This document shows positions 28,810-38,482 of a stretch of 61,614 nt of DNA, piece after piece (position 1 is the stretch's first letter; the number at the start of each line of letters is the position of its first letter). The translations under genes were made by a program, and so were the position numbers. The notes beneath the pieces are model-generated. The model was not told the DNA's origin, searched no databases, and saw only the letters and a program-made list of their open reading frames with translations. Origin of the DNA: an uncultured Clostridia bacterium (GTDB lineage Bacteria; Bacillota; Clostridia; TANB77; CAG-508); NCBI GenBank assembly GCA_947625895.1, contig CANQPZ010000002.1, forward strand, positions 1-61,614. The letters run 5' to 3'.

Positions 28810-29718
28810 ATGAATATTTTTAAAATTGATTTAGAAAAATTTTATAATGAAAATATAATTTGGTATATTGAAAATTTAAAAAATCATCCACTTGATCTAT
28901 TTATGCAAATAGTTGATATACTAATAGTTTTATTCTTAATAGTAGCGACTTTCAGATCTATAAGACATACTAGAGCTAGTCAATTAGCAAAAGGTATTGT
29001 TATATTAGTCATAATAACCTGGTTATCAGGAATATTGCATTTATACATATTCAATACAATAATGACAGCTATTATGAATTGGGGAATTGTTGCTATAATG
29101 ATAATTTTCCAACCAGAACTTCGTAGAGCACTAGAACAATTAGGTACTAGTAAAGTTAGTAAATTTTTTGGAATAGATAAAAGTATTGAAATTAAAACTA
29201 AAGAAAACATTTATCGTATAGTTATTGCAGCAACGGAACTTGCAAAAACACGAACAGGTGCATTAATAGTAATCGAAAGAGATATAAAACTTAACGATAT
29301 TATTGAAACAGGAATTTTAATGGATTCAGAAATATCTCCACAATTACTTGTAAATATATTTGTACCAAGAACACCACTTCATGATGGTGCAGTAATTATT
29401 AGTGATAATAAAATAGCTGCTGCATCATGTATGTTGCCTTTGGCAGACGATAAAGATATTGCTAGAGAACTTGGAACAAGACATAGAGCTGCAATTGGAA
29501 TTTCTAAAGAAACAGATTGTATTGCTGTTGTTGTTTCAGAAGAGACAGGAAAAATTTCAATAGCCAAAGAAGGAACTTTAATTGCAGATGTTAAGGAAGA
29601 AACATTAAAGAAAATATTAATAAAATATTTAATTACAATTAAAGATATTGAACAAGAAAAGAAAGTAAAAGTAAAAAGACTTAAAAAAATATATAAGGAA
29701 AAAGAAAAAGAAGAATAG
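28810..29718 (+). CDS. cdaA: diadenylate cyclase CdaA
   Basis: Three N-terminal TM helices plus a DAC domain: GALIVIERD, HDGAVII, RHRAAIGISKETDCIAVVVSEETGKISIA. Has a Lys/Glu-rich C-terminal extension. Confidence 0.9.
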   Translation: MNIFKIDLEKFYNENIIWYIENLKNHPLDLFMQIVDILIVLFLIVATFRSIRHTRASQLAKGIVILVIITWLSGILHLYIFNTIMTAIMNWGIVAIMIIFQPELRRALEQLGTSKVSKFFGIDKSIEIKTKENIYRIVIAATELAKTRTGALIVIERDIKLNDIIETGILMDSEISPQLLVNIFVPRTPLHDGAVIISDNKIAAASCMLPLADDKDIARELGTRHRAAIGISKETDCIAVVVSEETGKISIAKEGTLIADVKEETLKKILIKYLITIKDIEQEKKVKVKRLKKIYKEKEKEE

Positions 29719-29747
29719 AAAAAGGTGGTCATCAAAAAGACCACCTT

Positions 29748-30602
29748 TTATAATTTCTCTTTAGGAATAAATTTGTAAACGGCTTCAGCAAAACCACCTT
29801 CTGAAGCTGAATTTTTTGTAGTATACTTTGCTACATCTTTAAGTTCAGTATATGCATTTGCAACTGCAATGCCAATTCCAGAATTTTTTAACATATCAAC
29901 ATCATTCAAATTATCTCCAATACTCATAACATCATTTTCATCTAAAGATAAATATTTTGTTAAAAATTTGATTGCACTTCCTTTATTAGTATTAGAAGGA
30001 GCAATTGATAGATATTCATATTCTTTATTCAAAATATTATCTTTATATTTGCCAAGTTTGGAAATTTTTATTACAGATACGTTTACATTTTTTGAAATTT
30101 CTTCTTTGACTGAATTTAAAGAAGTATTACTAGAAATAACAAATTGGTGAATAGGAAGATTATTTTTTTCAATATAATCTATTACGTTTTTGACAATTAC
30201 AAATCTATACTCAGAACTATTTTGTAACTTGAAATTGCGCAAATCGAGATATTGTAGCTTTTCAGTAATTAAAAGTTCATCACTATAAGCATGAACATGA
30301 AGATGATGTTTTTTAGCTATTGCAAAACATTTTTTTACATCTTCTAACTGAAGAAAGCTACTATAAATTTGATCACCTGTTTTTAAATTATAAATTTGTG
30401 AACCATTATTAAAGATTCCATATGAAGCATTAAATTTATCACATAAATTCTTACTTACAGAATAAGATTTTCCTGTACAAATAGCAAAATTTATATTATT
30501 ATTGTTCATCATTTTAATAGCATCATAATTTGCATCAGGAATATAATTATTCTCGCTAATGATTGTTCCATCTAAATCACTAGCAACTAATTTTATAGCC
30601 AT
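29748..30602 (-). CDS. Cof-type HAD-IIB family hydrolase
   Basis: LVASDLDGTI at the N-terminus and SIGDNLNDVDML near the C-terminus. Confidence 0.8.
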   Translation of the reverse strand: MAIKLVASDLDGTIISENNYIPDANYDAIKMMNNNNINFAICTGKSYSVSKNLCDKFNASYGIFNNGSQIYNLKTGDQIYSSFLQLEDVKKCFAIAKKHHLHVHAYSDELLITEKLQYLDLRNFKLQNSSEYRFVIVKNVIDYIEKNNLPIHQFVISSNTSLNSVKEEISKNVNVSVIKISKLGKYKDNILNKEYEYLSIAPSNTNKGSAIKFLTKYLSLDENDVMSIGDNLNDVDMLKNSGIGIAVANAYTELKDVAKYTTKNSASEGGFAEAVYKFIPKEKL

Positions 30603-30732
30603 ATGCGAAATCTCCTATAAATTTTTCACATTATATAATAAAAACATTAGAAAAGCAAACATTTTATGATATTTGATTGAACAAAAGAATTATGATAAAA
30701 TTAACTTTGAAATTGTATTAAAAGAGGAAAAG

Positions 30733-31542
30733 ATGAATATATATCCAAAAATAAATAAAGCAATAGAATATATAGAAAATAATCTTGAAGAAAAAATAGA
30801 ATATAAAAAAATAGCTCAGTTAATGCAAATGAATGAATATACTGTACAGACAGCGTTTTTAGTATTATGTGACATATCGATAGCAGATTATATCAGAAAA
30901 CGTAGACTTTCTAATGCAGGATACGATTTATATTCTACTAATGAAAGTGTCATAGATATAGCAATAAAATATCAATATACAAGTGCAACATCATTTTCTA
31001 GAGCATTTGAAAAATTTCATGGAATAAAACCGAGTGAAGTGAAAAAATCACCTAAAGGATTAAAAGTTTACTCAAGAATAAATTTTGATGAAAAAGAAGA
31101 GGAAAGAACAAGCATTGAATATAGTGTTATTGAAAAAGAAGAAATAATATTATATGGAAAAGGAATAAAGACTGATAACTCAAAAATAGGAAAAGATGCA
31201 CCTAGATTTTGGAGAGAAGAACAGGAAAAATATTTGGATAAGTATGGAGAATTTAACTATGGAATGACTTCATACACAGATGGATCAAGAAAATATTCGA
31301 ACAAATATTGGGTTCTTTATGATAAAGAAATTAATGATAAAGAATTTCAGAAGATTATTATACCAAAAAGTAAATGGATAGTTTTTAGAATAGACTCACA
31401 AGAGACTGAAGATATTCAAAGAATTACTGACAGATTTTATAAAGAATTTATTATTAGTGCAAAATATAAGTTCAGAGAATTACCAGAACTAGAATATTAT
31501 CACGATGATGTTACAGACCTTATGGTTCCAATAGAAGATTAA
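30733..31542 (+). CDS. AraC-family transcriptional regulator with a GyrI-like effector domain
   Basis: HTH_AraC region (IADYIRKRRLSNAG ... YQYTSATSFSRAFEKFHGIKPSE) followed by a GyrI-like C-terminal half. ATG 30733 is preferred over the track TTG 30673. Confidence 0.75.
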   Translation: MNIYPKINKAIEYIENNLEEKIEYKKIAQLMQMNEYTVQTAFLVLCDISIADYIRKRRLSNAGYDLYSTNESVIDIAIKYQYTSATSFSRAFEKFHGIKPSEVKKSPKGLKVYSRINFDEKEEERTSIEYSVIEKEEIILYGKGIKTDNSKIGKDAPRFWREEQEKYLDKYGEFNYGMTSYTDGSRKYSNKYWVLYDKEINDKEFQKIIIPKSKWIVFRIDSQETEDIQRITDRFYKEFIISAKYKFRELPELEYYHDDVTDLMVPIED

Positions 31543-31546
31543 GGAA

Positions 31547-31584
31547 ACTGACTTTTTTCTATAAGAAAAAGTCAGTCTTTTTTT
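31547..31584 (+). terminator. rho-independent terminator after the AraC-family gene
   Basis: ACTGACTTTTT / AAAAAGTCAGT is an 11-bp stem followed by a T-run. Confidence 0.7.
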
Positions 31585-31622
31585 GTCTAAATGTCGTATT
31601 ATTATGCTAGGAGACGAGTAAT

Positions 31623-33509
31623 ATGAAAAAGTATATTTCAGAAATTTTTTTTACAACAGATAATGCCGATGAAAATGAATGGCAAAAACTCATACTAGAA
31701 ATATCAAAACTAAATGGATTATTTAGAAGTTGGAAAATTTATATACAAGTTGAAAGAAATATTATTAGATATTATCTAGTCACAAGAAAGAAAATTCCAA
31801 CTATATTAAGTTGTTCAGGAAACTTTTTAATAAAAACAATATCACATTTCGATAAGATAAAAACTAATTTATCATTTTTATATTTAGTTACCAATAAAGA
31901 AAAAAATATTGTAGATATTTATGACAAAAATGAATCAAAATATAACTTAAACTTAAAACAAGTAGAAGTAAGAATAAGATCATTTAAAAAAGATAATTAT
32001 TTTTCACATACAAAATTGTATTTTGAAAATAAGAATGGTAGAAAGTGCAAAGCATGGGCATTGTTTTTTATACCCAATATGGGAATAAGTGTGGATTTTA
32101 GTAAACATACTAGATTTCTATACAGAAAAGAAGGAAGTAGATATCTAAAATTAGAAAAGTCAATGAGTCTATTTTCAAAAAAAGAGGGAGAAGAAAACTT
32201 ATTAGAAATAAATACATTCCCATATACAGATGAAAAATACTATTTAAATATTTTAAATTATGATTTTGATAAACATTCTTTAATTGTTGGAGCAAGCGGT
32301 ACAGGCAAATCTAAATTAATATCAAGCTTTATAAAAAATATTTATGATAATGAGATTCTTAGACAAACAAATAAAGTGATAGTAATAGATCCTCATGGCT
32401 CTTTAGAAAATGATATTGGTGGATTAGAAAATACAGAAGTAATTAATATGAAGGAAAAGGAAAATACTACTGATTTGTGGATTAATTCCGATGAAAATGT
32501 AAGTAGTAGTACAGAAATTATATTAACAATATTAAAAAGTATTTTTGGGGAACAATATAATTCAAAATTAGAAAGAGTTTTAAGGCATAGCGTATATCTT
32601 TTACTTAAGAAGAAACAATTAAATTTTGAAACATTGAGAAAATTATTAACATACACAGAATATAGAACAAAACTAATAAGAGAATCTGACGATATTGAAG
32701 ATCATATAAAAGAATTCTTTTTAACAGATTTTAATGAAATAAAGACTAAATCATATCAAGAAGCAATATCTCCAATTATTTCATTAATTGAAGAAATGCA
32801 AATGTTACCAGCTTTCCAAAATGAAGGAAAAAGATCAGTAGAAGAACTAATAAAGAACAACTTCTTAACATTATTTTCACTGGATCAAGCAGAATTAGGA
32901 GAAAAAGTTACTAAAACAATTTCTGGATTAATATTGGGAATAATTTTTAATTTAGTGCAAAATAAAAAATTTTATGAGCACATAATTCTTATTGTTGATG
33001 AAGTTGCTGTTGTAGAAAATCCAATATTAAGAAATTTATTATCAGAAGCAAGAAAATATAATTTGTCAATTATACTTGCCCAACAATATTTTGGACAAGT
33101 GAGCAAGGAACTAAGAGAAGCAATTTTTTCTAATGTAATGAATTATTATACATTTAGAGTTTCAAGAGAAGATGCAGTTATACTAAGTAATCACTTACAA
33201 ATGGAAATGGCAGTAAAAAATTCATATCATAATAGAGTTAAATTAATTACAGAATTGCCTAATAGAGATTGCATAGTAAGAATAAGTAAAGAAGGAAGAG
33301 TAATACCATCTTTTAGAGGAAGAACGTTAGATTTTACTCCAATACCAATTAGAAAAAATCAAATTATAAGTTCAAAAGAAGATAAAAATACAAAAGAAAA
33401 AGATATTGAATTAATAAAAGATGAAGAATTCAGCTTGGGAAAAACAATAGATCTAAGAGCACTTATGAATTCTCAATCAACAAGTAGGAGAAAAATAAAA
33501 TATGAATGA
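31623..33509 (+). CDS. soluble VirD4/TraD/HerA-like P-loop ATPase with an uncharacterised 215-aa N-terminal domain
   Basis: Walker A GASGTGKSK (nt 32289-32315), IDPHGS, Walker B ILIVDEVA, and ARKYNLSIILAQQYFGQ (TraG/TraD C-terminal-like). No N-terminal TM helices. Confidence 0.7.
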   Translation: MKKYISEIFFTTDNADENEWQKLILEISKLNGLFRSWKIYIQVERNIIRYYLVTRKKIPTILSCSGNFLIKTISHFDKIKTNLSFLYLVTNKEKNIVDIYDKNESKYNLNLKQVEVRIRSFKKDNYFSHTKLYFENKNGRKCKAWALFFIPNMGISVDFSKHTRFLYRKEGSRYLKLEKSMSLFSKKEGEENLLEINTFPYTDEKYYLNILNYDFDKHSLIVGASGTGKSKLISSFIKNIYDNEILRQTNKVIVIDPHGSLENDIGGLENTEVINMKEKENTTDLWINSDENVSSSTEIILTILKSIFGEQYNSKLERVLRHSVYLLLKKKQLNFETLRKLLTYTEYRTKLIRESDDIEDHIKEFFLTDFNEIKTKSYQEAISPIISLIEEMQMLPAFQNEGKRSVEELIKNNFLTLFSLDQAELGEKVTKTISGLILGIIFNLVQNKKFYEHIILIVDEVAVVENPILRNLLSEARKYNLSIILAQQYFGQVSKELREAIFSNVMNYYTFRVSREDAVILSNHLQMEMAVKNSYHNRVKLITELPNRDCIVRISKEGRVIPSFRGRTLDFTPIPIRKNQIISSKEDKNTKEKDIELIKDEEFSLGKTIDLRALMNSQSTSRRKIKYE

Positions 33510-34203
33510 TATAGAATCTTTAAAAATTGCATCAGAAGTATTTTTTAATATATTTCAAAAAGAAAATAATTACAGTCTAGATGAAATAAGAGAAAAATTT
33601 GCATTTGATGTGAAATTACCAAGGAAAGTAAAAGATAGTTTAACAGGTGAAGAAACCTGGACAGAAATGGAAAATGCGGAGTTATATATAAAACAAAGTA
33701 ACATGGATAAGTATGATGAAACAAGAGGTTGGATGATAAATAAAAGAAAAATCTCAACATTAGAAGATATAATAAAAATTTGGAAAAAAATAAATTATAT
33801 AACAACCGAAAGAATATATGATTCAGAAAATATACATAAAAGTGATACCATTTATAATTGTTCAAATATATATCATTCTACAGATTGTAGAGGAAGCAAA
33901 AATATATTATTTTCAGATGGATTAGCAGAAAGTGAAAATATGATAGCATCACAAAGAACAGCAAATTCAAATAATTGCATTAGAGTTGATGACTCGGGAA
34001 ATTGTTCAAACAGCTATAATGTAATATGTTCAGCAAAAATAACAAATTCATTTTTTATACAAGATTGTAATAGCCTATATGAATGCATGTTTTGTTCACA
34101 TATTTCTAACAGAAGATATTGTATTGCTAATATGCAGTTTGAACCAGATGAATATTTAAAAATAAAAAGAATAATAACAGATTGGATCACTAAAAAAGAA
34201 TAA
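33502..34203 (+). CDS. hypothetical Cys-rich repeat protein coupled to the ATPase
   Basis: The start overlaps the ATPase stop by 8 nt. Residues ~105-215 form a quasi-periodic S/N/C-rich repeat (..NIHKSDTIYNCSNIYHSTDCRGSKNILFSDG..NNCIRVDDSGNCSNSYNVICSAKITNSFFIQDCNSLYECMFCSH..). Confidence 0.65.
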   Translation: MNDIESLKIASEVFFNIFQKENNYSLDEIREKFAFDVKLPRKVKDSLTGEETWTEMENAELYIKQSNMDKYDETRGWMINKRKISTLEDIIKIWKKINYITTERIYDSENIHKSDTIYNCSNIYHSTDCRGSKNILFSDGLAESENMIASQRTANSNNCIRVDDSGNCSNSYNVICSAKITNSFFIQDCNSLYECMFCSHISNRRYCIANMQFEPDEYLKIKRIITDWITKKE

Positions 34204-34277
34204 TTTATTTTATTTCGTTTTAAAAATGTGATAGAATTTCTATACAATTAAAATCCAATAAAAATAGGAATTATATT

Positions 34278-34760
34278 ATGAAATACAAAATTAGAGAAAT
34301 CGAAGAAAAGGATAATAAAGAAATAGAAAATGTTATCAGAACATGTCTAATAGAATTTGGAGCAAACCATGAAGGTACAGCCTGGGCAGATCCTAATTTA
34401 GGAAGATTTTCAGAAATCTATAATACAGATGGAAATAAATACTGGGTAGCAATAGATGGAAAAGAGAAGATTGTTGGTGGAGTAGGAATTGGAAAATTAG
34501 AAGGAATAGAAGATGTATGTGAACTTCAAAAAATGTATTGCTTACCTGAAGCAAGAGGAACTGGAATAGCGCATGAATTAATCGGTAAGGCTCTAGACTA
34601 TGCTAAGAAATATTATAAAAGATGTTATTTAGAAACATTAGAAAATATGATAGCAGCACAAAAATTCTATGAAAAATATGGATTCGAAAGAATTTATAAA
34701 CCTTTGGTTAAAACAGAGCATTTTGCATGTGATGTAAGGTATATAAAAGAACTAAAATAA
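34278..34760 (+). CDS. GNAT-family N-acetyltransferase
   Basis: ELQKMYCLPEARGTGIAHELI fits the Q/RxxGxG/A acetyl-CoA motif. FYEKYGF at the C-terminus. Confidence 0.8.
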   Translation: MKYKIREIEEKDNKEIENVIRTCLIEFGANHEGTAWADPNLGRFSEIYNTDGNKYWVAIDGKEKIVGGVGIGKLEGIEDVCELQKMYCLPEARGTGIAHELIGKALDYAKKYYKRCYLETLENMIAAQKFYEKYGFERIYKPLVKTEHFACDVRYIKELK

Positions 34761-34780
34761 ATAATAAATGAGGTGAAAAA

Positions 34781-35200
34781 ATGTTAAATATTGAATATCA
34801 AGAAAACATAGAAGAAAAGTATTACAAAATTATTGATTCAGAATTCAATAAATATGCTGACAAAAATCAAATAATTTGCAACTACATTCCATTTGCATTT
34901 ATTGCAAAGGAAGACGACAAATTTGTTGGGATTATAACTGGAAATTCATATTACAAAGAAATACATATTAGCGATCTTATTGTTTTAGAAGAATACCGTA
35001 AAAAACATATTGGAAGCAAACTTGTTAAAGCTGTAGAAGAATATTATAAAGATAAAGGATTTGAAAATATTAATTTAACTACTTATGAATTTCAAGCTCC
35101 AGAATTTTATAAGAAATGTGGATTTGAAGTTGAATTTGTTAGAAAAAACGAGGACAATCCAAAACTTAATAAATATTTTTTAGTTAAATATTTAAACTAA
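34781..35200 (+). CDS. GNAT-family N-acetyltransferase
   Basis: ISDLIVLEEYRKKHIGSKLVKAVEEY and FYKKCGFE. Confidence 0.75.
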   Translation: MLNIEYQENIEEKYYKIIDSEFNKYADKNQIICNYIPFAFIAKEDDKFVGIITGNSYYKEIHISDLIVLEEYRKKHIGSKLVKAVEEYYKDKGFENINLTTYEFQAPEFYKKCGFEVEFVRKNEDNPKLNKYFLVKYLN

Positions 35201-35227
35201 TTATATTAAAGAGAAAATTTATAAAAA

Positions 35228-35256
35228 TTGAAAAAAACACTAAATCATGGTATAAT
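35228..35256 (+). promoter_or_regulatory. near-consensus promoter of the 140-aa orphan gene
   Basis: TTGAAA (35228-35233), 17 nt, TATAAT (35251-35256), preceded by TGg (extended -10). Confidence 0.6.
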
Positions 35257-35301
35257 ATATAATTAGCACCAATAATAATCCACCTTGAGAGGAGCAACAA
35301 C

Positions 35302-35724
35302 ATGGTACCTGAACAGAAAAACAGACTCGACATCCTGCAAATGAACCAAGCAATTTACAAAACACTGCAAACTAAAGAGAGGAAGGTAGATGGAGAAGAG
35401 ATATGTGACAAACATGCTAAAAGGATATGGCATGAAATAGAAAAAGAATTACTCTATTTAGCACATGATGGAAAACTTGTAAACTATCATGTTGCAAGTA
35501 TTGATCTTTATTCTGCAAGCAGAGTTATTGTCACATACCACAAGAAGAGTTCTGAAGAGTTAAAGTCTTACGATGTACCAAAGGAGGTAGACGCTAACAG
35601 GATTTTCATCCGTATGTGTCTATTAGCTGAAAAAGCTGGATTTAGTATGGCACCAAGTCATCAGCTAAGCTCCAGAGGAAGAATAACTTGGTGGATAAGA
35701 TTTGCCGATACTCAAGGCAAATAA
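35302..35724 (+). CDS. hypothetical 140-aa protein in a compositionally atypical single-gene cassette
   Basis: GAGGAG SD. About 38-40% GC with non-host codon choice (CTG, CTC, GAC, CAC). Has its own promoter and terminator. No family recognised. Confidence 0.7.
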   Translation: MVPEQKNRLDILQMNQAIYKTLQTKERKVDGEEICDKHAKRIWHEIEKELLYLAHDGKLVNYHVASIDLYSASRVIVTYHKKSSEELKSYDVPKEVDANRIFIRMCLLAEKAGFSMAPSHQLSSRGRITWWIRFADTQGK

Positions 35725-35733
35725 GCAAAAAAA

Positions 35734-35767
35734 GGACGGTAAAGTTAGCTTTGCCGTTCTTTTTTTT
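35734..35767 (+). terminator. rho-independent terminator of the 140-aa gene
   Basis: GGACGGTAAAG / CTTTGCCGTTC form an 11-bp stem (two G-U pairs) with loop TTAG, followed by T8. Confidence 0.7.
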
Positions 35768-35852
35768 GCTTATTAGAACGAACAGTCAGACTAGTTGACA
35801 TGATAAAATACATAATGTAATCTAGTATAGAAAACTAGATAAGGGGGGACTT

Positions 35853-36914
35853 ATGAAAGGTATAAAAATTGGAAATAAAGTTTCAAAATATCCAATCATT
35901 CAAGGAGGAATGGGAGTAGGAGTATCATTACATAAACTTGCTGGAAATGTTAGTAAAGAAGGTGGAATAGGAATTATATCTACAGCAGACATAGGATATA
36001 AAGAGAAAGATTTTAAAAATGATCCAATGCAAGCAAATTTAAGAGCAATTGGAAAAGAAATAGAAAAAGCCAGAGAAATAGCAGGAGAAGATAAAATACT
36101 AGGTGTAAACATAATGGTTGCATTAAAAAATTATGCTGAAATAGTAAAGGAATGTGTTAAACAAAAAATTGATCTAATAATTTCAGGAGCAGGAATTCCA
36201 AAAGATTTACCAGAGTATGTTAAAGGATCAAATACTAAGATTGCGCCAATAGTATCATCTCTAAGATGTTGCAAATTAATTGTGAAACACTGGATGACAA
36301 AATATAGTTACGTCCCAGATATGGTAGTAATTGAAGGACCTGAAGCTGGAGGCCATTTGGGATTTAAAGAAGAAGAATTAAAAGAAGAAAATAAACCTAA
36401 ATTAGAAGATATTACAACAGAAGTAGTAAATTATATAAAAGAAGTAGAAAAAGGTACAGGAAAAGAAATACCAGTAATAAGTGCAGGAGGAATTTGGAAC
36501 AGCAAAGATATAAAAAGATTTTTAGATTTAGGAGCATCTGGAGTTCAAATTGCAACTAGATTTGTAGCAACTGAAGAATGTGATGCTGATGTGAAATTTA
36601 AAGAAGCATATATAAATGCGAAAACAGAAGATATAAAAATTATTAAGAGTCCAGTTGGAATGCCAGGAAGAGCAATATATAATAACTTTATAAAAAATAC
36701 CGAAAGTTTAAAAAGAAATATTGAAAAATGCTACAATTGTATAAAGACTTGTGATATTAAGACAACACCATATTGCATAACAAAAGCACTAGTAAATGCA
36801 GTAAATGGAGATCTAGATAATGGATTAATATTTTGTGGAAGTAATGTTGATAAAATAAATAAAATTACAACTGTACATGATTTAATGAATGAATTAGTGT
36901 GTGATATTAACTAA
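35853..36914 (+). CDS. nitronate monooxygenase / FabK-like FMN oxidoreductase
   Basis: PIIQGGMGVGVS, VVIEGPEAGGHLG and ISAGGIW are typical of the NMO (2-nitropropane dioxygenase) family. Confidence 0.75.
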   Translation: MKGIKIGNKVSKYPIIQGGMGVGVSLHKLAGNVSKEGGIGIISTADIGYKEKDFKNDPMQANLRAIGKEIEKAREIAGEDKILGVNIMVALKNYAEIVKECVKQKIDLIISGAGIPKDLPEYVKGSNTKIAPIVSSLRCCKLIVKHWMTKYSYVPDMVVIEGPEAGGHLGFKEEELKEENKPKLEDITTEVVNYIKEVEKGTGKEIPVISAGGIWNSKDIKRFLDLGASGVQIATRFVATEECDADVKFKEAYINAKTEDIKIIKSPVGMPGRAIYNNFIKNTESLKRNIEKCYNCIKTCDIKTTPYCITKALVNAVNGDLDNGLIFCGSNVDKINKITTVHDLMNELVCDIN

Positions 36915-37034
36915 AAAATGTATAAGATGTAAAAAATTAAAAGCAAGTAATAATTGAAATTTACTTGTTTTTCTGCTATATTTTATTATAAATAACATGG
37001 GCAAAAAATAAATTATTTTTTCTTGGGAGATTAT

Positions 37035-37757
37035 ATGAACAATCAAATAGATGAACTTAAAAAATTAATAGATGAAAGTGATAATATAGTTTTCTTTGGA
37101 GGAGCTGGTGTATCAACAGAAAGTGGAATACCAGACTTTAGAAGTAAAGATGGACTATATAATCAACATTATAAATATCCTCCTGAAGAAATTTTAAGTC
37201 ACTCATTTTTTAAAAATAATACTGAAGAATTTTTTAGATTTTATAAAGAAAAATTAAACAGTCTAAAATATGAGCCTAACATTACTCATATCAAGCTTGC
37301 AGAACTTGAAAAAATAGGAAAACTAAAAGCAGTTATAACTCAAAATATAGATGGTTTACATCAAAAGGCTGGTTCAGAAAAAGTATATGAACTACATGGA
37401 AGTGTTCTAAGAAACTATTGTATGAAATGTAACAAATTCTATGATGCAGAGTATGTTTTTGAAAACAAAGAACATATTCCAAGATGTAGTTGTGGAGGAA
37501 TTATAAAACCAGATGTTGTACTTTATGAAGAAGGATTAGATGAAAATATTTTAGAAAACTCAATTAATGCGATACAAAATGCAGATATGTTAATTGTAGC
37601 AGGAACATCTTTAACAGTATATCCTGCAAGTGGGCTAATAAATTATTTTACAGGTAGAAATTTAGTTTTAATAAATAAAGATAGTACACCTTATGATAGT
37701 AGAGCAGATCTAGTAATAAATGAAAGTTTAGGAAAAGTATTCTCACAGATTATGTAA
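37035..37757 (+). CDS. cobB: NAD-dependent protein deacylase (Sir2/CobB family)
   Basis: GAGVSTESGIPDFRS, QNIDGLH, Zn-ribbon CxxC...CxC, IKPDVVLYEE. ATG 37035 lies after GGGAG. Confidence 0.85.
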   Translation: MNNQIDELKKLIDESDNIVFFGGAGVSTESGIPDFRSKDGLYNQHYKYPPEEILSHSFFKNNTEEFFRFYKEKLNSLKYEPNITHIKLAELEKIGKLKAVITQNIDGLHQKAGSEKVYELHGSVLRNYCMKCNKFYDAEYVFENKEHIPRCSCGGIIKPDVVLYEEGLDENILENSINAIQNADMLIVAGTSLTVYPASGLINYFTGRNLVLINKDSTPYDSRADLVINESLGKVFSQIM

Positions 37758-37774
37758 TAAAAATGGAGAAGTAA

Positions 37775-38461
37775 ATGACAGAGTTTAAAATAGCTAATAA
37801 AACTATAAATATTTATAATGAAAAAATAATAAAAATGACTTCGAAAAAAGTTCCTATAATCATTCATAATACTTTTAGCGGTAACGGAAAAGAATTGTGG
37901 GAAGAATGCATAAAAATTAATTGCAAAGATTTCATCTTGGTAAATATATCTAACATAAATTGGAATACTGAAATGACTCCATGGAAAATGAAATCATTAT
38001 ATAAAGATGGTTTTGAATACGAAGGAAAGGCAGATGACTATATTAAAGAGTTGACTTGCAAAATTATTCCAGAGATTGAAGAAAATCTAAACTACAAACC
38101 TTTATATTATGGGATAGCAGGGTATTCATTAGGTGGACTATTTGCAATATACGCATTATATAAGACTGATATTTTTTCAATAGCAATTTCGGGTTCCGGA
38201 TCCTTTTGGTACAGCAATTTTGAAAAATTTGTAAAAGAAAATAAGTTTTTAAAAATTCCAGAAAAAATATATTTATCACTAGGAAACAAGGAAAAAAATT
38301 CGAAAAACGAAATTTTGAGTAAAGTTCAAGATTGTACAGAAAATATTTACAATTATTATAAATCAAAAAATATTGATGTTTTTTATGAACTAAATGATGG
38401 TGGACATTTTAAAGATAGCTTTTTTAGAATTGCAAAAGGAATAAAAAACATTATTAAGTAG
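37775..38461 (+). CDS. alpha/beta hydrolase (putative esterase family)
   Basis: Nucleophile elbow GYSLGG. Size and pattern fit esterase-D/IroE-like proteins. Confidence 0.55.
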   Translation: MTEFKIANKTINIYNEKIIKMTSKKVPIIIHNTFSGNGKELWEECIKINCKDFILVNISNINWNTEMTPWKMKSLYKDGFEYEGKADDYIKELTCKIIPEIEENLNYKPLYYGIAGYSLGGLFAIYALYKTDIFSIAISGSGSFWYSNFEKFVKENKFLKIPEKIYLSLGNKEKNSKNEILSKVQDCTENIYNYYKSKNIDVFYELNDGGHFKDSFFRIAKGIKNIIK

Positions 38462-38482
38462 CAATTCATATAGGAGGTAAAA

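Noticed and set aside
35795-35850. Three CTAG-containing motifs (ACTAGT, TCTAGT, ACTAGA) upstream of the NMO gene, considered as possible operators.
   Set aside because: They are short and form no clear dyad or phased repeat. There is no adjacent regulator gene, so the evidence is insufficient.
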